Assembly: GCA_963813715.1 (NCBI GenBank)
Contig: CAWFAK010000007.1
Span: forward strand, 896,001 to 960,000
Source of the DNA: an uncultured Planctomycetaceae bacterium
Lineage (GTDB): Bacteria > Planctomycetota > Planctomycetia > Planctomycetales > Planctomycetaceae
Direction of reading: 5' to 3'
Length of the DNA stretch: 64,000 nucleotides
A model generated the notes under the pieces. It made no database searches, was not told the origin of the DNA, and worked only from the letters and a program-made list of their open reading frames with translations. Shown here in pieces: positions 11,073-20,663 of the stretch. The stretch's first letter is position 1. Each line of letters starts with the position of its first letter. The translations under genes were made by a program, and so were the position numbers.

Positions 11073-14000
11073 GTGGACTCTCAAGCGGCTGACAACACGG
11101 GGATCGATTCGGCGTCGAGTGACGCTGCCTCGTCGCCGCTGGTCCCGCCGTTCGCCCGTCTGGTGATTCGCGTCGCGGACGGCCCGTCGGTCACGAAAGA
11201 CATCCTCCGCCCCACCACGCTGGTCGGAGCGGTCGGGCCGTGCAATATCGAGTTGGTCGGCCCGGGCGTCGGCCCCGTGCACTGCGTGTTTGCCGTCGAA
11301 GGCGGCGGCCTGCGCGTGCACGATCTCGCGCGGCCAGCGGCACCTGGGTCAACGGCGAGCGAATCGAGGTCGCCCCCCTCGCTTCGGGAGACGTCGTTCG
11401 CGTCGGTGAGTTCGAGTGCCGTGTCGAAACCAATCTCCCGCGAATCGCCGACACGACCGACACCGGCAGCCACGCTCGCCTGGTGATCGCCGGTGGCGAT
11501 GGCCGCAGCATCGTCAAAGATATTTTCCGCGCGACGACGCTCGGCGGCAGCCGGGCCGGTTGCAACATCCAGTTCGGCGGTCCCGAAGTCTCCCCCGCCC
11601 ATTTCGTGCTCACGGTCTTTGCCGGCCGTCTGCGGATTCGCGACCTGCGGACCCGGTTTCCGACGCGGGTCAACGGCCGAGCCGTCACCGCGTGGACGCT
11701 GGCCGACGGTGACGAGATCGCGGTGGGCCCGTTCGGCGCCCGTCTCGAGACGAGCCTGCCGGCCGTCGCAGATGATCCGGAAAATCAGCTCGACGCCCGC
11801 TTCGGCCCCACGCCGGCTGCGCCCAACCAAGAGAGCGTTCGTCAAGAAAACGCCCGCCTCGAACAGGAACGCAGCGAGCTGGCGGCCGCCCGCGAGGCGG
11901 TGGCCGCGGAACGGACTGAATTGGCTCGGCTCCGCGCCGAACTCGATGACGAACAGACGCGTCGCCGGGCAGAACTCAGTGACGAACAGACGCGTACCCG
12001 TCAGGAGTCGGCGGCTGCATTCAGTGCCGCGACCGGCGAGCTTGAGCAGGCCCGCTCCGAATTGGCCGCTCAGCGTGCGACGTTGGACACCAATCGCGCA
12101 ACTTTCGAAGCCGAGCGTGCGACATTCGAAGCCAACCGAGCGAAAGTCGAGGCCGAGCGCGAGGAACATCGGTCGGCCGCGGCCGCGCTCGCCGCGCGCG
12201 AACTCGCGTCGCAGGCGCAGGACAAGGAACTCGGGGCGAACCGTACGAGCCTGCAGAGTGAGCGGAGCGGCGCTCGCGGCGGACCGATCGGCGCTCGAGA
12301 CTTTAGAGGCCGAACTCGACGCTCGTGCTCGCCAGGTCGCGACTTCGACGCAGGATCTTCAGCAGCGGTCGGCGCGGCTCGAGGAGCGGGACGCCGACTT
12401 CCGCGCTGCGGAGAATCGGCTGGCCGCGGCGAACGAGGCTGCGGCACGGCGGGAGGCCGATTGCCGGCAGCGCGAGGAAGAATGCCGCCGCCGCGAGGAG
12501 GAGTGTCGGCTGCGCGAGGCGGATCTCCATTCGGGCTCGGCCGGGCTCAAGTCCGAGGCCGAGCGCATCCGTCAACACAACGAAACGGCCGCACGCGAGC
12601 GGGCTGCCCTCGATCATGACCGCGACGCTCTGGCCGCGACGCGAAGTCGGCTCGAGGCTGACCGCAACGAGCTGGCCGAGCAGCGGCGACAAATCGAGAC
12701 CGATCGAGCATCGCTGGCCGAGGCACGTCAAAAGCACGAGGCGGATCGGCAGGCCGTGCAAACCGATCGCTCCTCGCTCGAAAAGCGGCAGCGGACGCAC
12801 GAGACCAAGGCCCGGGAGCACGAGCGGCTCGCCCAGGAGTTGACGCAGCGGCAAACTGAGCTGGCCGGGCATGCCGCCGGGCTTGAGACGCGTCGCGACG
12901 AGCACTCGCGCCGCGAAGCCGATCTCGCGACGCGACAACAGGCGGTGGAGACCGAACACGCAGCCGTTGCGGAAGTGCTTCAGGTGCTCCATCGGCATAC
13001 CGCCGAACTCGAGAGCACTCGGGCCGCCCTGATACAGGAGTCTGAGCGCCAGCTTGCACAAGCGGCCGGGCTGCAGGCGCGATCGCAGACACTGACTAAA
13101 GACAACGATCGGCTGGCCGAGCGCGAGCGAGTTCTGACCAAGGCGCAGCTCGCGGCTGAGAAAGACCAAAAAAACCTCGCCGCGGATCGCCAGAGCCTGG
13201 AGCAATCCGCGGCCGAACTGGCAGCGGCGCGGCAAAGTCACGAAGCCGAACGAACGGCCCTCGCCGCCGATCGCCAGAAGCTCGAACAGACGGCCGCAGC
13301 GCTCGCCAACGACCGGAAGGCGCACGAGTCGGAGCGGCGTCAGCTCGCCGACGAGCAAAAGAAGCTCGAGCTGGCCGTCGCTTCTGTGGCAGCGAGTGAA
13401 AAAGCTGTCGAGTCGAATCAGCAGAAACTCGCCGGCGAACGGAAACGCTTGCAGGCGGAGTCGGCGGCCCTCGAGATCACGCGGGCGCGACCTCGAGCGA
13501 CAAGCGGCGCAGCTGGCCGCCCGGGCGACCGATCTCGCGCAGCTCGAGACGGACCTCACCGAACAGGCCCATCGGGTGACCGCGAACGAGGCGACATTGA
13601 CCCAATCGACACGCGAGCTGTCGAATCGCGCCGAACAGCTGTCCGCACAAGAGGCCGATCTGGCCGGCCGGCGGCGAGAGCACGACGCCCGACGCGACGA
13701 GCTCAACGAGCGGCTGCGGGAAGTCGAGCAGACGGAAACCAATCTCGGCCGCAGCCTGGCCGCGCTGGGGCAGGAGCACCGCCAGCTCGAAGCGCGGCTG
13801 GCGGAATTCGAGCAGCAGCAGGCGCGATTCCAGGAAGACCAAACGGCGTTGCGAGCCGCCGAAGCCGCGACAGCCCGGTTGAGAGAGACCCTCGAACGCG
13901 ATCGCTCGTTGCTCGACGAGCGACTGGTGCAGCACGCGTCGAAGCAGGAAGCGCTGGCCGCCAGCGAGCGGGCCGTCGAGCAGGAGCGCAAGCGGCTGGA

Positions 14001-15428
14001 CTTCGTGCGGGGCGAACTCAATCAGCAGCACCTGCGGTTGGGCGAAGATCGGGCGGCGGCCGAAGCCGCGCGACAGGATCTCGCGAAGGCCCAGCAGGAG
14101 TTCGACGAGCGCGAGCGGCGCGTCACGGAATCGGAAGTCGATCTCTCGACGCGGCAGATCACGCTCGCGGCCGAGTCCGAGCGGCTCGACGCCGAGCGCG
14201 AGCGGCTCGAAGAATGGGCAAGGCGGCTCCGCGCCGAGCAAGCTTTCGCCCGCGCCGCGAAGAAGCAGTTCCAGACCACGGTCGACGAGTTCCGCTCCGA
14301 GAATCGCCGCTTCCAGATGGCGATCGGCGCGATCCGCAGCGACCGCGAGCGTCAACGCCGCCGCCGCATCGGGTCGAAGCAAGTCGCCGAAGATCGCGAG
14401 CTGGCGCAGGTCCTCGTGAACGAGGGACTGCTCGACGAGGCCCAGGCCGAATGGTTCGCCTCCGATCAATACGGCGACTCACGGCTGGCCGGCTTCGAGA
14501 CGGTCGAGTTCATCGCGAAGGGCGACGAGAGCTGGATCTGCGAGGCCATTGATGCTCAAACGAAGCAGCGGGTCGCCGTCAAAATCCTGCGCGGCCGCTC
14601 CGGGCCGGTGCCGAAGCGCGGCGGCGGCTGGCGGCGGAACTGCGTCTCGGGCAAGCCGTCGATCACTCCGCCGTCGTGCGCGTGCTCGCGGGCGGCCCGG
14701 ACGAAGAATGCCCCTTCCTGGCGATGGAGCTGGTGGCCGGGATCTCATTGGTCGAACTCATCGGCTTGCACGGCGCCCTGCCGTGGCGGGAGGCATGCAA
14801 CTATGCCTTCCACGCCGCCGTCGGATTGGGGAAGTTGCACGACGCGGGAATTGTGCATCGGGCCATCGAGCCAGCGAATTTGCTCGTCGACCGCGAGGGA
14901 GGGCTGAAAGTCGCCGACCTCGGTTCGGCCGACGCCCCATTCCTTCACGACGAGGGCGCGCCGCCCCTACCCTTCACGGCGACACCTTATTCGTCGCCGG
15001 AGCTCTTCGGAGACGTTCCGGCGGGCGACGTGCTGACCGACATCTTCAGCCTCGGCTGCACCATCTATCACGCGCTCTGCAGCACGCCGCCGTTCGACCA
15101 GGCGCCGCGGCCGCAGAACGGTCCGGCCGCGTTCGTCACGCCTCAGCCGCTGCGATCGTTCGTGTCGGACCTGCCGTCGGAAGTTGTGCGGATCGTCAAG
15201 AAAATGATGACGCCCGACCGCAACAAGCGATTCAAGTCGATGGACGACGTGGCCCGCGCGCTGGGTCCCTGGGCGCGGCGACAGCAAGCCTATTTCGACC
15301 GGCCGGCCATCGTGGCTCAACGCTCCCTCGACGCCCGCGCCCGCCTCCGCGCCATGGCCCGCCAGCTCGCCCAGCGAGCGCAATCGCCCGAATCAGTGGC
15401 TGAGTCGGACGTCTCGCCGATCGGCTAA
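11073..15428 (+). CDS. Two FHA-like domains + long coiled coil + Ser/Thr kinase-like domain (about 4 frameshifts)
   Basis: Overlapping ORFs 11073/11240/11493/13396/14676 join into one E/R/A/Q-rich protein ending VAVK..HRAIEPAN..DLG..YSSPE..DIFSLG. Confidence 0.7.
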
Positions 15429-15474
15429 GTCGCGGCGCGCGGTCTGTTCGCGAAAGTGCGTGCTTCGAGACAAC

Positions 15475-15597
15475 GCCCGGCGAGCCCCCAGCGTGAGCTG
15501 GGGGGTGCTTACTCTTCATATTTTTCGTTGCGACATTCTCTCCGAGCAGACAAGAAACGCAAAGCACCATCGGGCTGACGCCCGACGCTCGCCTGGG
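15475..15597. repeat. REP-like palindromes
   Basis: GGCGAGCCCCCAGCGTGAGCTGGGGG and CGGGCTGACGCCCGACGCTCGCC between convergent genes. Confidence 0.55.
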
Positions 15598-15663
15598 TTA
15601 CTGCGCCATCGTGCGCCGAGCGTGAAAGACGCGCTGACACTTGGGGCCCGGCTGGTCATCTCG

Positions 15664-16167
15664 TCAAACGGCTCCCTGCTCGGGCGTTTGCGGCTGCCAA
15701 TAGAACTTGTACGCGTCGCCCAGTTGCATCCGCGTGTAGCAGACGATTTCCTGCGTGTGGCCGTTGAAGTGCGGAACGGAGTGGAAGATCGCGCCCCAGC
15801 CGGTGACCGCAAAGCCTTGAATCGTCCGCTCGCGCAAGCTCGGCGGGGCTACTGCGAGCGAGCGTCTGTTGGGCCGCGACGACGACCCGGCGTCAGCTTT
15901 TCGATCAGCACCGACTTCGGCATCGGTCCGCGCTCGGCGAACTCGGCCGGCCGCTGACGCGTGTCGGCCACTCCGCCGACCCCCGAGACGATCCATTGCT
16001 GGAGGTTGCCGCACAGGTGCAGGATCAGATTGCCGATCGAGTTGAGCGACGCGGCGGGCCGCCACCAGAATCTGCTCGTCGGAGAGCTGGTTGACGCAAT
16101 GGCCGATCTTGGCCGCACACTCGTCGAGTAGCTTATTCGCCTCGGCAAGTGCGGAACGTGACGACAT
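15664..16167 (-). CDS. DinB/DUF1572-family protein (frameshifted)
   Basis: LSDEQ.WWRP..NSIGNLILHLCGN..QWI; H..H..EI motif. Confidence 0.8.
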   Translation of the reverse strand: MSSRSALAEANKLLDECAAKIGHCVNQLSDEQILVAARRVAQLDRQSDPAPVRQPPAMDRLGGRRSGRHASAAGRVRRARTDAEVGADRKADAGSSSRPNRRSLAVAPPSLRERTIQGFAVTGWGAIFHSVPHFNGHTQEIVCYTRMQLGDAYKFYWQPQTPEQGAV

Positions 16168-16311
16168 CTTCGGCAGTGAGCGACTCGGCAGCCGGCGGCA
16201 TGACTGGGCTCCGCGAAAGGAAAGGTTCGGAGATGATCGATGCGCGATTGGCGACACGTCGGCTGGCCAGCGAGTTCGCGGCAGCCGGCGGAAAACCATG
16301 GCCGGCGGACG

Positions 16312-16878
16312 CTATCGCGCCGCCCGGAAACAGTCCACGACGTGATCGTTCACCAAGCCGACGGCTTGCATGTAAGCATACATGATCGACGAACCGACAA
16401 AGCTCATGCCCCGCTTCTTGAGATCCTTGGCGAGTGCGTCGGATTCGGACGTGGTGGCGGGGACGTCTTTCATCGATTTCGGGCGGTTGATCTTGGGCTT
16501 GCCGCCGACGAACCGCCACAGGTAGGCGTCGAACGAGCCGAATTCCTTTTGGATCGCCAGAAAGACTTGAGCGTTCTTCCGCGTCGAGAAGACCTTCAGC
16601 CGATTGCGGATGATGGCCTCGTCTTTGAGTAGCGCTTCGAGCTGCGCGTCGGTCATCCGCGCGACTTTTTTCGGGTCGAAGTTTTTGAATGCCTTCCGAT
16701 ACCCCTCGCGGCGCTGCAGGATCGTATACCAGCTCAGCCCAGCCTGTGCGCCTTCCAAAATGAGCATCTCAAACAGTTTTTGATCGTTGTGGACGGGCCG
16801 GCCCCACTCCTTGTCGTGATAGTCCGCATAGTCAGGCTTGTTGGCCGGCACCCACGGGCAGCGAGTCTTGTCTGGCAT
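16312..16878 (-). CDS. tag: DNA-3-methyladenine glycosylase I
   Basis: RCPW, YHDKEWG, LEGAQAGLSW, IIRNRLK, NDHVVDCF. Confidence 0.95.
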   Translation of the reverse strand: MPDKTRCPWVPANKPDYADYHDKEWGRPVHNDQKLFEMLILEGAQAGLSWYTILQRREGYRKAFKNFDPKKVARMTDAQLEALLKDEAIIRNRLKVFSTRKNAQVFLAIQKEFGSFDAYLWRFVGGKPKINRPKSMKDVPATTSESDALAKDLKKRGMSFVGSSIMYAYMQAVGLVNDHVVDCFRAAR

Positions 16879-16932
16879 AGTTGGTCCATCTGCCGAAGCT
16901 GCATTTTTGAAGCTGCACGCATTCTAATCTCC

Positions 16933-17013
16933 GGGTGGCACTGGCGGCTTGTCCGCCAGTGGGCCTTTTAGAGCGACAAGAAGACACTGGCGGACGAGCC
17001 GCCAGTGCCACCC
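16933..17013. repeat. Inverted REP-like pair
   Basis: GGGTGGCACTGGCGGCTTGTCCGCCAGTG ... CACTGGCGGACGAGCCGCCAGTGCCACCC. Confidence 0.7.
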
Positions 17014-17118
17014 ATCGGCAGAAAATGAGCTCGACACCGGGCCGCGGTTGCTGAAGAACCGCGGCCCGGTTGAGCCTGAACACTACAAGACGGCGCACCG
17101 CCCCTGCCGTGAGGCGCT

Positions 17119-18228
17119 TCACAGCAGGTTTACGATGCGATCCGTCAGGCCCTTCTCGCCGACAACGACATTCAGCTTGCCGCTGCCGGCGATCTTTTCC
17201 AGAACTTCCAGCTCACGCAGCCGCATGAGCGTCGGGTTGTCCGCCAGCAGCTTGGCCGTGTTGGCCTGGCTGCGGATGGCGGCCGTCTCTTCGCGGCGGG
17301 CGATGAGGTTGGCCTCGGCGGCCTTCTTGGCCTCCGTCACCTTGTTCATCAGGTCCTTCATGTCGCCCGGCAGGATCACATCCCGGATGCCCACCGACGC
17401 GATTTCCAGACCCAACTCGCCCGCCCGACGGCGCACGCTCTCCTCGACGTCCCGCGCCACGGCGTCCTTGTCCGTGAGGAAGTTGTCGAGCTCGCGCGCA
17501 CCGATCACGCTCCGCAGCACCAGCTGCGTCTCGCGATAGAGCGCCTGACGCACGTCGTCCGTCTGGCTGACGGCCTGCCGTGCGTCGACGACCTTGTAGG
17601 TCACCACGGCATTCAGCCGCAGCGTGACCTTGTCGGCCGTCATGATCTCCTGACCGCCGACGTCGACCATCGTCTCGCGCAGGTCGACCTCGACCACGAG
17701 GGCCTCGGCCGGACCCTTCCAGAAGGCGTACTCGCCCGGCGCCAGCGTCTCGACATAGCGGCCGTCGACGAAGAGCACGCCCGCGCAGTCGCGCTTCACC
17801 GTGCACACGTCCAGGTACCGCTGCGCCCTCGCCGAGCGGACGATCGCCTTGAACTGGTCGTGCTCGAAGCGAACGTGCCGCGCGTCGAGCACCTCGACGT
17901 CGACCCGCTTCTGGCCCTTCCAGTACGCGTACTGGCCGCCGGCCAGCACGTGGGCGAAGCGACCCTCGATCCACACGAGAGCCCGCTCGTAGTCCTTGAG
18001 GTCGAGCACCACGGCGCGGTCGCCGAGCGCACCCGACTTCACGATCAGGTCGAGCTTCTCGTGCGAGAGCCACGTCGCCCGCCGCGACACGACGTCGACC
18101 GCCACCTTGCGGAGCGGGTCGATGAACCAGTGCGTACCCTGCTCGAGCACGCGGCGGAACTCGCCGTCGCGGAAGTAGAGACCCATCTCGTAGCTGCGGA
18201 TCTTGTAACGCTTGAAGACGAACATCAT
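17119..18228 (-). CDS. Slipin-family SPFH/band-7 protein with three N-terminal repeats
   Basis: VDLRE..GQEIMTADKVTLRLN, GIRDVILPG, RREETAA.RS.ANTAK..NPTLMRLRELE; AGGAGG SD before ATG. Confidence 0.9.
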   Translation of the reverse strand: MMFVFKRYKIRSYEMGLYFRDGEFRRVLEQGTHWFIDPLRKVAVDVVSRRATWLSHEKLDLIVKSGALGDRAVVLDLKDYERALVWIEGRFAHVLAGGQYAYWKGQKRVDVEVLDARHVRFEHDQFKAIVRSARAQRYLDVCTVKRDCAGVLFVDGRYVETLAPGEYAFWKGPAEALVVEVDLRETMVDVGGQEIMTADKVTLRLNAVVTYKVVDARQAVSQTDDVRQALYRETQLVLRSVIGARELDNFLTDKDAVARDVEESVRRRAGELGLEIASVGIRDVILPGDMKDLMNKVTEAKKAAEANLIARREETAAIRSQANTAKLLADNPTLMRLRELEVLEKIAGSGKLNVVVGEKGLTDRIVNLL

Positions 18229-18239
18229 CCACCTCCTTC

Positions 18240-18715
18240 CCGGAGGATTTCTGAACGAGCTAACCAAGTCAGCTCGCTGAACTTCAGCTGCGAGCGCGCT
18301 CTGCGTAAGGTTCAAGACCACTGACGAAACGAACAGGAGAATAAAGACGCCGTCAGAGGGAAAAACGTTCGCCGATCACACGCAAAAACGCGGAAGGCGT
18401 TTGAGCCGCGGGCTCGCTGGGCGTCGACGCGTCTCGAGAATCGCCTTCGTTCGACGGCGTGCCGTCGAACCCTCAGCGATTCCGTCCCCGCGCCGTTGCC
18501 GAACGAGCGTCACGGCGGAATCCGCGCCCTACAGGGCGTGTTTACGTGTTGCCCAGACACGCCCGGACCCGTTGCCGAAGCACCGCTTTCGCGATCCTCG
18601 GCGGTTTCCGGCACGTGACTGAAGCCGATCGAACGAGCGTTTTCCCTCCTCGGGCGTTGCGGCGCGGTCTTGCGACCGCGTCGTCTCGGTTTCGAGCTCG
18701 GTTAACAGCCGAGTG
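18240..18715 (-). ncRNA. Candidate large structured ncRNA upstream of slipin
   Basis: No credible ORF; at least 8 hairpins incl. GCAA, GAAA and UUCG tetraloops on the minus strand. Confidence 0.65.
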
Positions 18716-18717
18716 CT

Positions 18718-18794
18718 TGGTGCTTGGTGCGGGAGTCGAACCCGCGACAGCCAGACCTTAAATCTGGTGCTCTTCCGACTGAGCTAACCGAAGT
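18718..18794 (-). tRNA. tRNA-like RNA, anticodon TAA, encoded CCA, imperfect acceptor
   Basis: ACTTCGGT-TAGCTCAGTCGGAAGAGC-CCAGA-TTTAAGG-TCTGG...GGGTTCGACTCCC-ACCAAGC-ACCA. Confidence 0.7.
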
Positions 18795-18901
18795 TGGTGA
18801 CGGCCGTTTTAGAACCCATGTCCGGAACACACGAACCTGATCCACGAGACCGCGTGCCAGTCTCGGGAGGCCCTTGCGCCGCTGGACGGGCCGACACCAC
18901 C
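18795..18901 (-). ncRNA. Candidate ~107-nt RNA closed by an acceptor-like stem
   Basis: 5' GGTGGTG pairs with 3' CGTCACC-A; GCCCGTCC/GGACATGGGT and CGAGAC/GTCTCG stems. Confidence 0.45.
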
Positions 18902-18918
18902 GAAGCAAGCCTGAAAAG

Positions 18919-18990
18919 AAACGCCGGTGGGAGTCGAACCCACTACAAGCCGCTTTGCAGGCGGCCGCCCTACCGTCTGGCTCCGGCGTT
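18919..18990 (-). tRNA. tRNA-Cys(GCA)
   Basis: GCCGC-CTGCAAA-GCGGC; TTCGACT loop; U73. Confidence 0.85.
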
Positions 18991-19015
18991 AGATGCGTTT
19001 CAAAGATCTCAAAAA

Positions 19016-19087
19016 TGTCCTCGCCAGGATTCGGACCTGGTCCTCGACCTTCGCAGAGTCGCGTGCGATCCACCACACTCCGAGGAC
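19016..19087 (-). tRNA. tRNA-Arg(GCG), T-loop TCCGAAT
   Basis: CGACT-CTGCGAA-GGTCG; acceptor GTCCTCG/CGAGGAC. Confidence 0.8.
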
Positions 19088-19108
19088 GTTGCGCACTTGT
19101 CGTGCGAG

Positions 19109-19179
19109 TACCCCGCCGAGGATTCGAACCTCGTCTGGCAGCTTCGAACACTGCCGTGCGTCCACCACACTCGCAGGGC
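19109..19179 (-). tRNA. tRNA-Arg(TCG)
   Basis: GCAGT-GTTCGAA-GCTGC; acceptor GCCCTGC/GCGGGGT. Confidence 0.8.
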
Positions 19180-19259
19180 AATTCGTAGAACTCGCATTGA
19201 AGAAAACGAAGCACCCGACGGCTCACGCCGTCGGCTCGCCGGGTCTCCTCGCGCTTTCA

Positions 19260-19331
19260 TGTCTCGACCTGGATTCGAACCAGGACCAGGACCTTCGGAG
19301 GGTCCGATGCGATCCGTTACACCATCGAGAC
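19260..19331 (-). tRNA. tRNA-Arg(CCG)
   Basis: GGACC-CTCCGAA-GGTCC. Confidence 0.9.
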
Positions 19332-19362
19332 GCTGTCGCCAAAATCTTCCAAAAGAACGCAG

Positions 19363-19436
19363 AGCCGACGGCTGGATTCGCACCAGCATCATCCTGTTTA
19401 CAAGACAGGCGCCTTTCTGTTTCGAGCCACGTCGGC
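19363..19436 (-). tRNA. tRNA-Thr(TGT), T-loop TGCGAAT
   Basis: CCTGT-CTTGTAA-ACAGG; acceptor GCCGACG/CGTCGGC. Confidence 0.8.
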
Positions 19437-19455
19437 ACTCAAACGATCGATCAAG

Positions 19456-19525
19456 CACGAACGCGAGGATTTGAACCCCGTCGGGCGGTTTTGGAGGCCG
19501 CCGGCTCTCCCAGGAGCACGCTCGT
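19456..19525 (-). tRNA. tRNA-Trp(CCA)
   Basis: GCGGC-CTCCAAA-ACCGC; TTCAAAT loop. Confidence 0.75.
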
Positions 19526-19550
19526 GTAAAGCCACGACCGGCGCGGACGG

Positions 19551-19634
19551 TTCCGGGAGGGCGAAGCTCCTGCTGAGCCAGCATTCTTCTGCAAGCAAAG
19601 CAGAGGTCGGCGGGAGCCTCGCCCTCCAGGAACA
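19551..19634. repeat. Inverted REP-like pair
   Basis: GGAGGGCGAAGCTCCTGCTGAGCC ... GTCGGCGGGAGCCTCGCCCTCC. Confidence 0.7.
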
Positions 19635-19635
19635 A

Positions 19636-20232
19636 TCAACTCTCCAGCGGGACGTTCCAATACGCCTCGCTGATGAACTTCGACCAGCTCATCATCCGCT
19701 CGCTCGTCCGTGCGTAGAGCGGCTTCCAGGCCGGTCGCACCGGCTCCCGATGCAGCTTCATCCGTGCCTGCGCCGGCGTGCGGTCGGCCTTGTGCTTGTT
19801 GCAGTCGATGCACGCCAGCACGCAGTTCTCCCACGTCGAGACGCCCCCTTGCGAACGCGGCACAACGTGGTCGATCGTCAGCTCGGCTCCGCCCGGCTGA
19901 CGGCCGCAGTACTGGCACGTCCAATGATCGCGCTTGTGGATGTTCCGCCGGCTGAAGGCGACCGCGGCCGTCGGCAGCCGGTTGTACTCCGCCAGCACGA
20001 TCACCTCCGGCACGCGCAGCGTCGACCGCACGCACTGGATGAAGTCGTCACCGTCGGCCGGCCGCAGCCGCGACCAGTCGGCCCACGTGTAGAGCCGAAA
20101 ATCGCGCGGATCGACGACGCGGGCCGCCTCGTTCCACAACAGCACCAGCGCCCGGGCGACCGTCGCCACGTTCACGGGCTGCCAGTTGCGATTGAGGACC
20201 AGCGCCGGCCGCTGGAGCGTTCGCGTCGTCAT
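19636..20232 (-). CDS. HNH endonuclease
   Basis: LVLNRNWQP, FSRRNI..RD..CQYCG..LTIDHVVPRSQGG.STWEN.VLAC..CN..K. Confidence 0.95.
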   Translation of the reverse strand: MTTRTLQRPALVLNRNWQPVNVATVARALVLLWNEAARVVDPRDFRLYTWADWSRLRPADGDDFIQCVRSTLRVPEVIVLAEYNRLPTAAVAFSRRNIHKRDHWTCQYCGRQPGGAELTIDHVVPRSQGGVSTWENCVLACIDCNKHKADRTPAQARMKLHREPVRPAWKPLYARTSERMMSWSKFISEAYWNVPLES

Positions 20233-20256
20233 GATTTTGTTCCTCCGCGAAAACAG

Positions 20257-20330
20257 GGTGCCCAGGGGGAGTTGAACCCACCCCTTCGACGTTCACAGCG
20301 TCGCGTGCAAACCGTTACACCACGGGCACC
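20257..20330 (-). tRNA. tRNA-His(GTG)
   Basis: CGACG-CTGTGAA-CGTCG; G-1:C73. Confidence 0.9.
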
Positions 20331-20419
20331 ATCCAATGGACCGTCCAAGGGACGGCTGGTGCCTCCGGCAGGGAAGTGCCCGCTGTCCTTCTGTCACACT
20401 TGTTGTTTGATAGGCAATT

Positions 20420-20491
20420 TGCCTCGACCAGGATTTGAACCCAGAACTCCTTGTTAGAAGCAAGGAATGATTTCCGTTTCACCATCGAGGC
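20420..20491 (-). tRNA. tRNA-Arg(TCT)
   Basis: CCTTG-CTTCTAA-CAAGG. Confidence 0.9.
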
Positions 20492-20507
20492 CCGTGGCTC
20501 GATCGAG

Positions 20508-20594
20508 CGGAAGGCAAGGGAATTGAACCCTCATCCGCACTCGGCGGAACCGCCTTAGCAGAGCGGCCCGGCCAACCGTATCCGGCTACCTTCC
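20508..20594 (-). tRNA. tRNA-Ser(GCT)
   Basis: CCGCT-CTGCTAA-GGCGG; long variable arm; G73. Confidence 0.85.
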
Positions 20595-20663
20595 GTATTT
20601 TTGTCCTTCTTGTTTCTGTACTGCCTTATTTCTGTACCTGCGGGCACCGTCCGAGGCTTCGAA

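Noticed and set aside
12303..14469. Long antisense ORFs (also over the esterase, slipin and rtcB genes)
   Set aside because: High-GC shadow ORFs opposite well-supported genes.
18229..18321. N-terminal extension of slipin from the ORF track (start 18321)
   Set aside because: A strong AGGAGG SD precedes the ATG at 18228, and the extension overlaps RNA hairpins.
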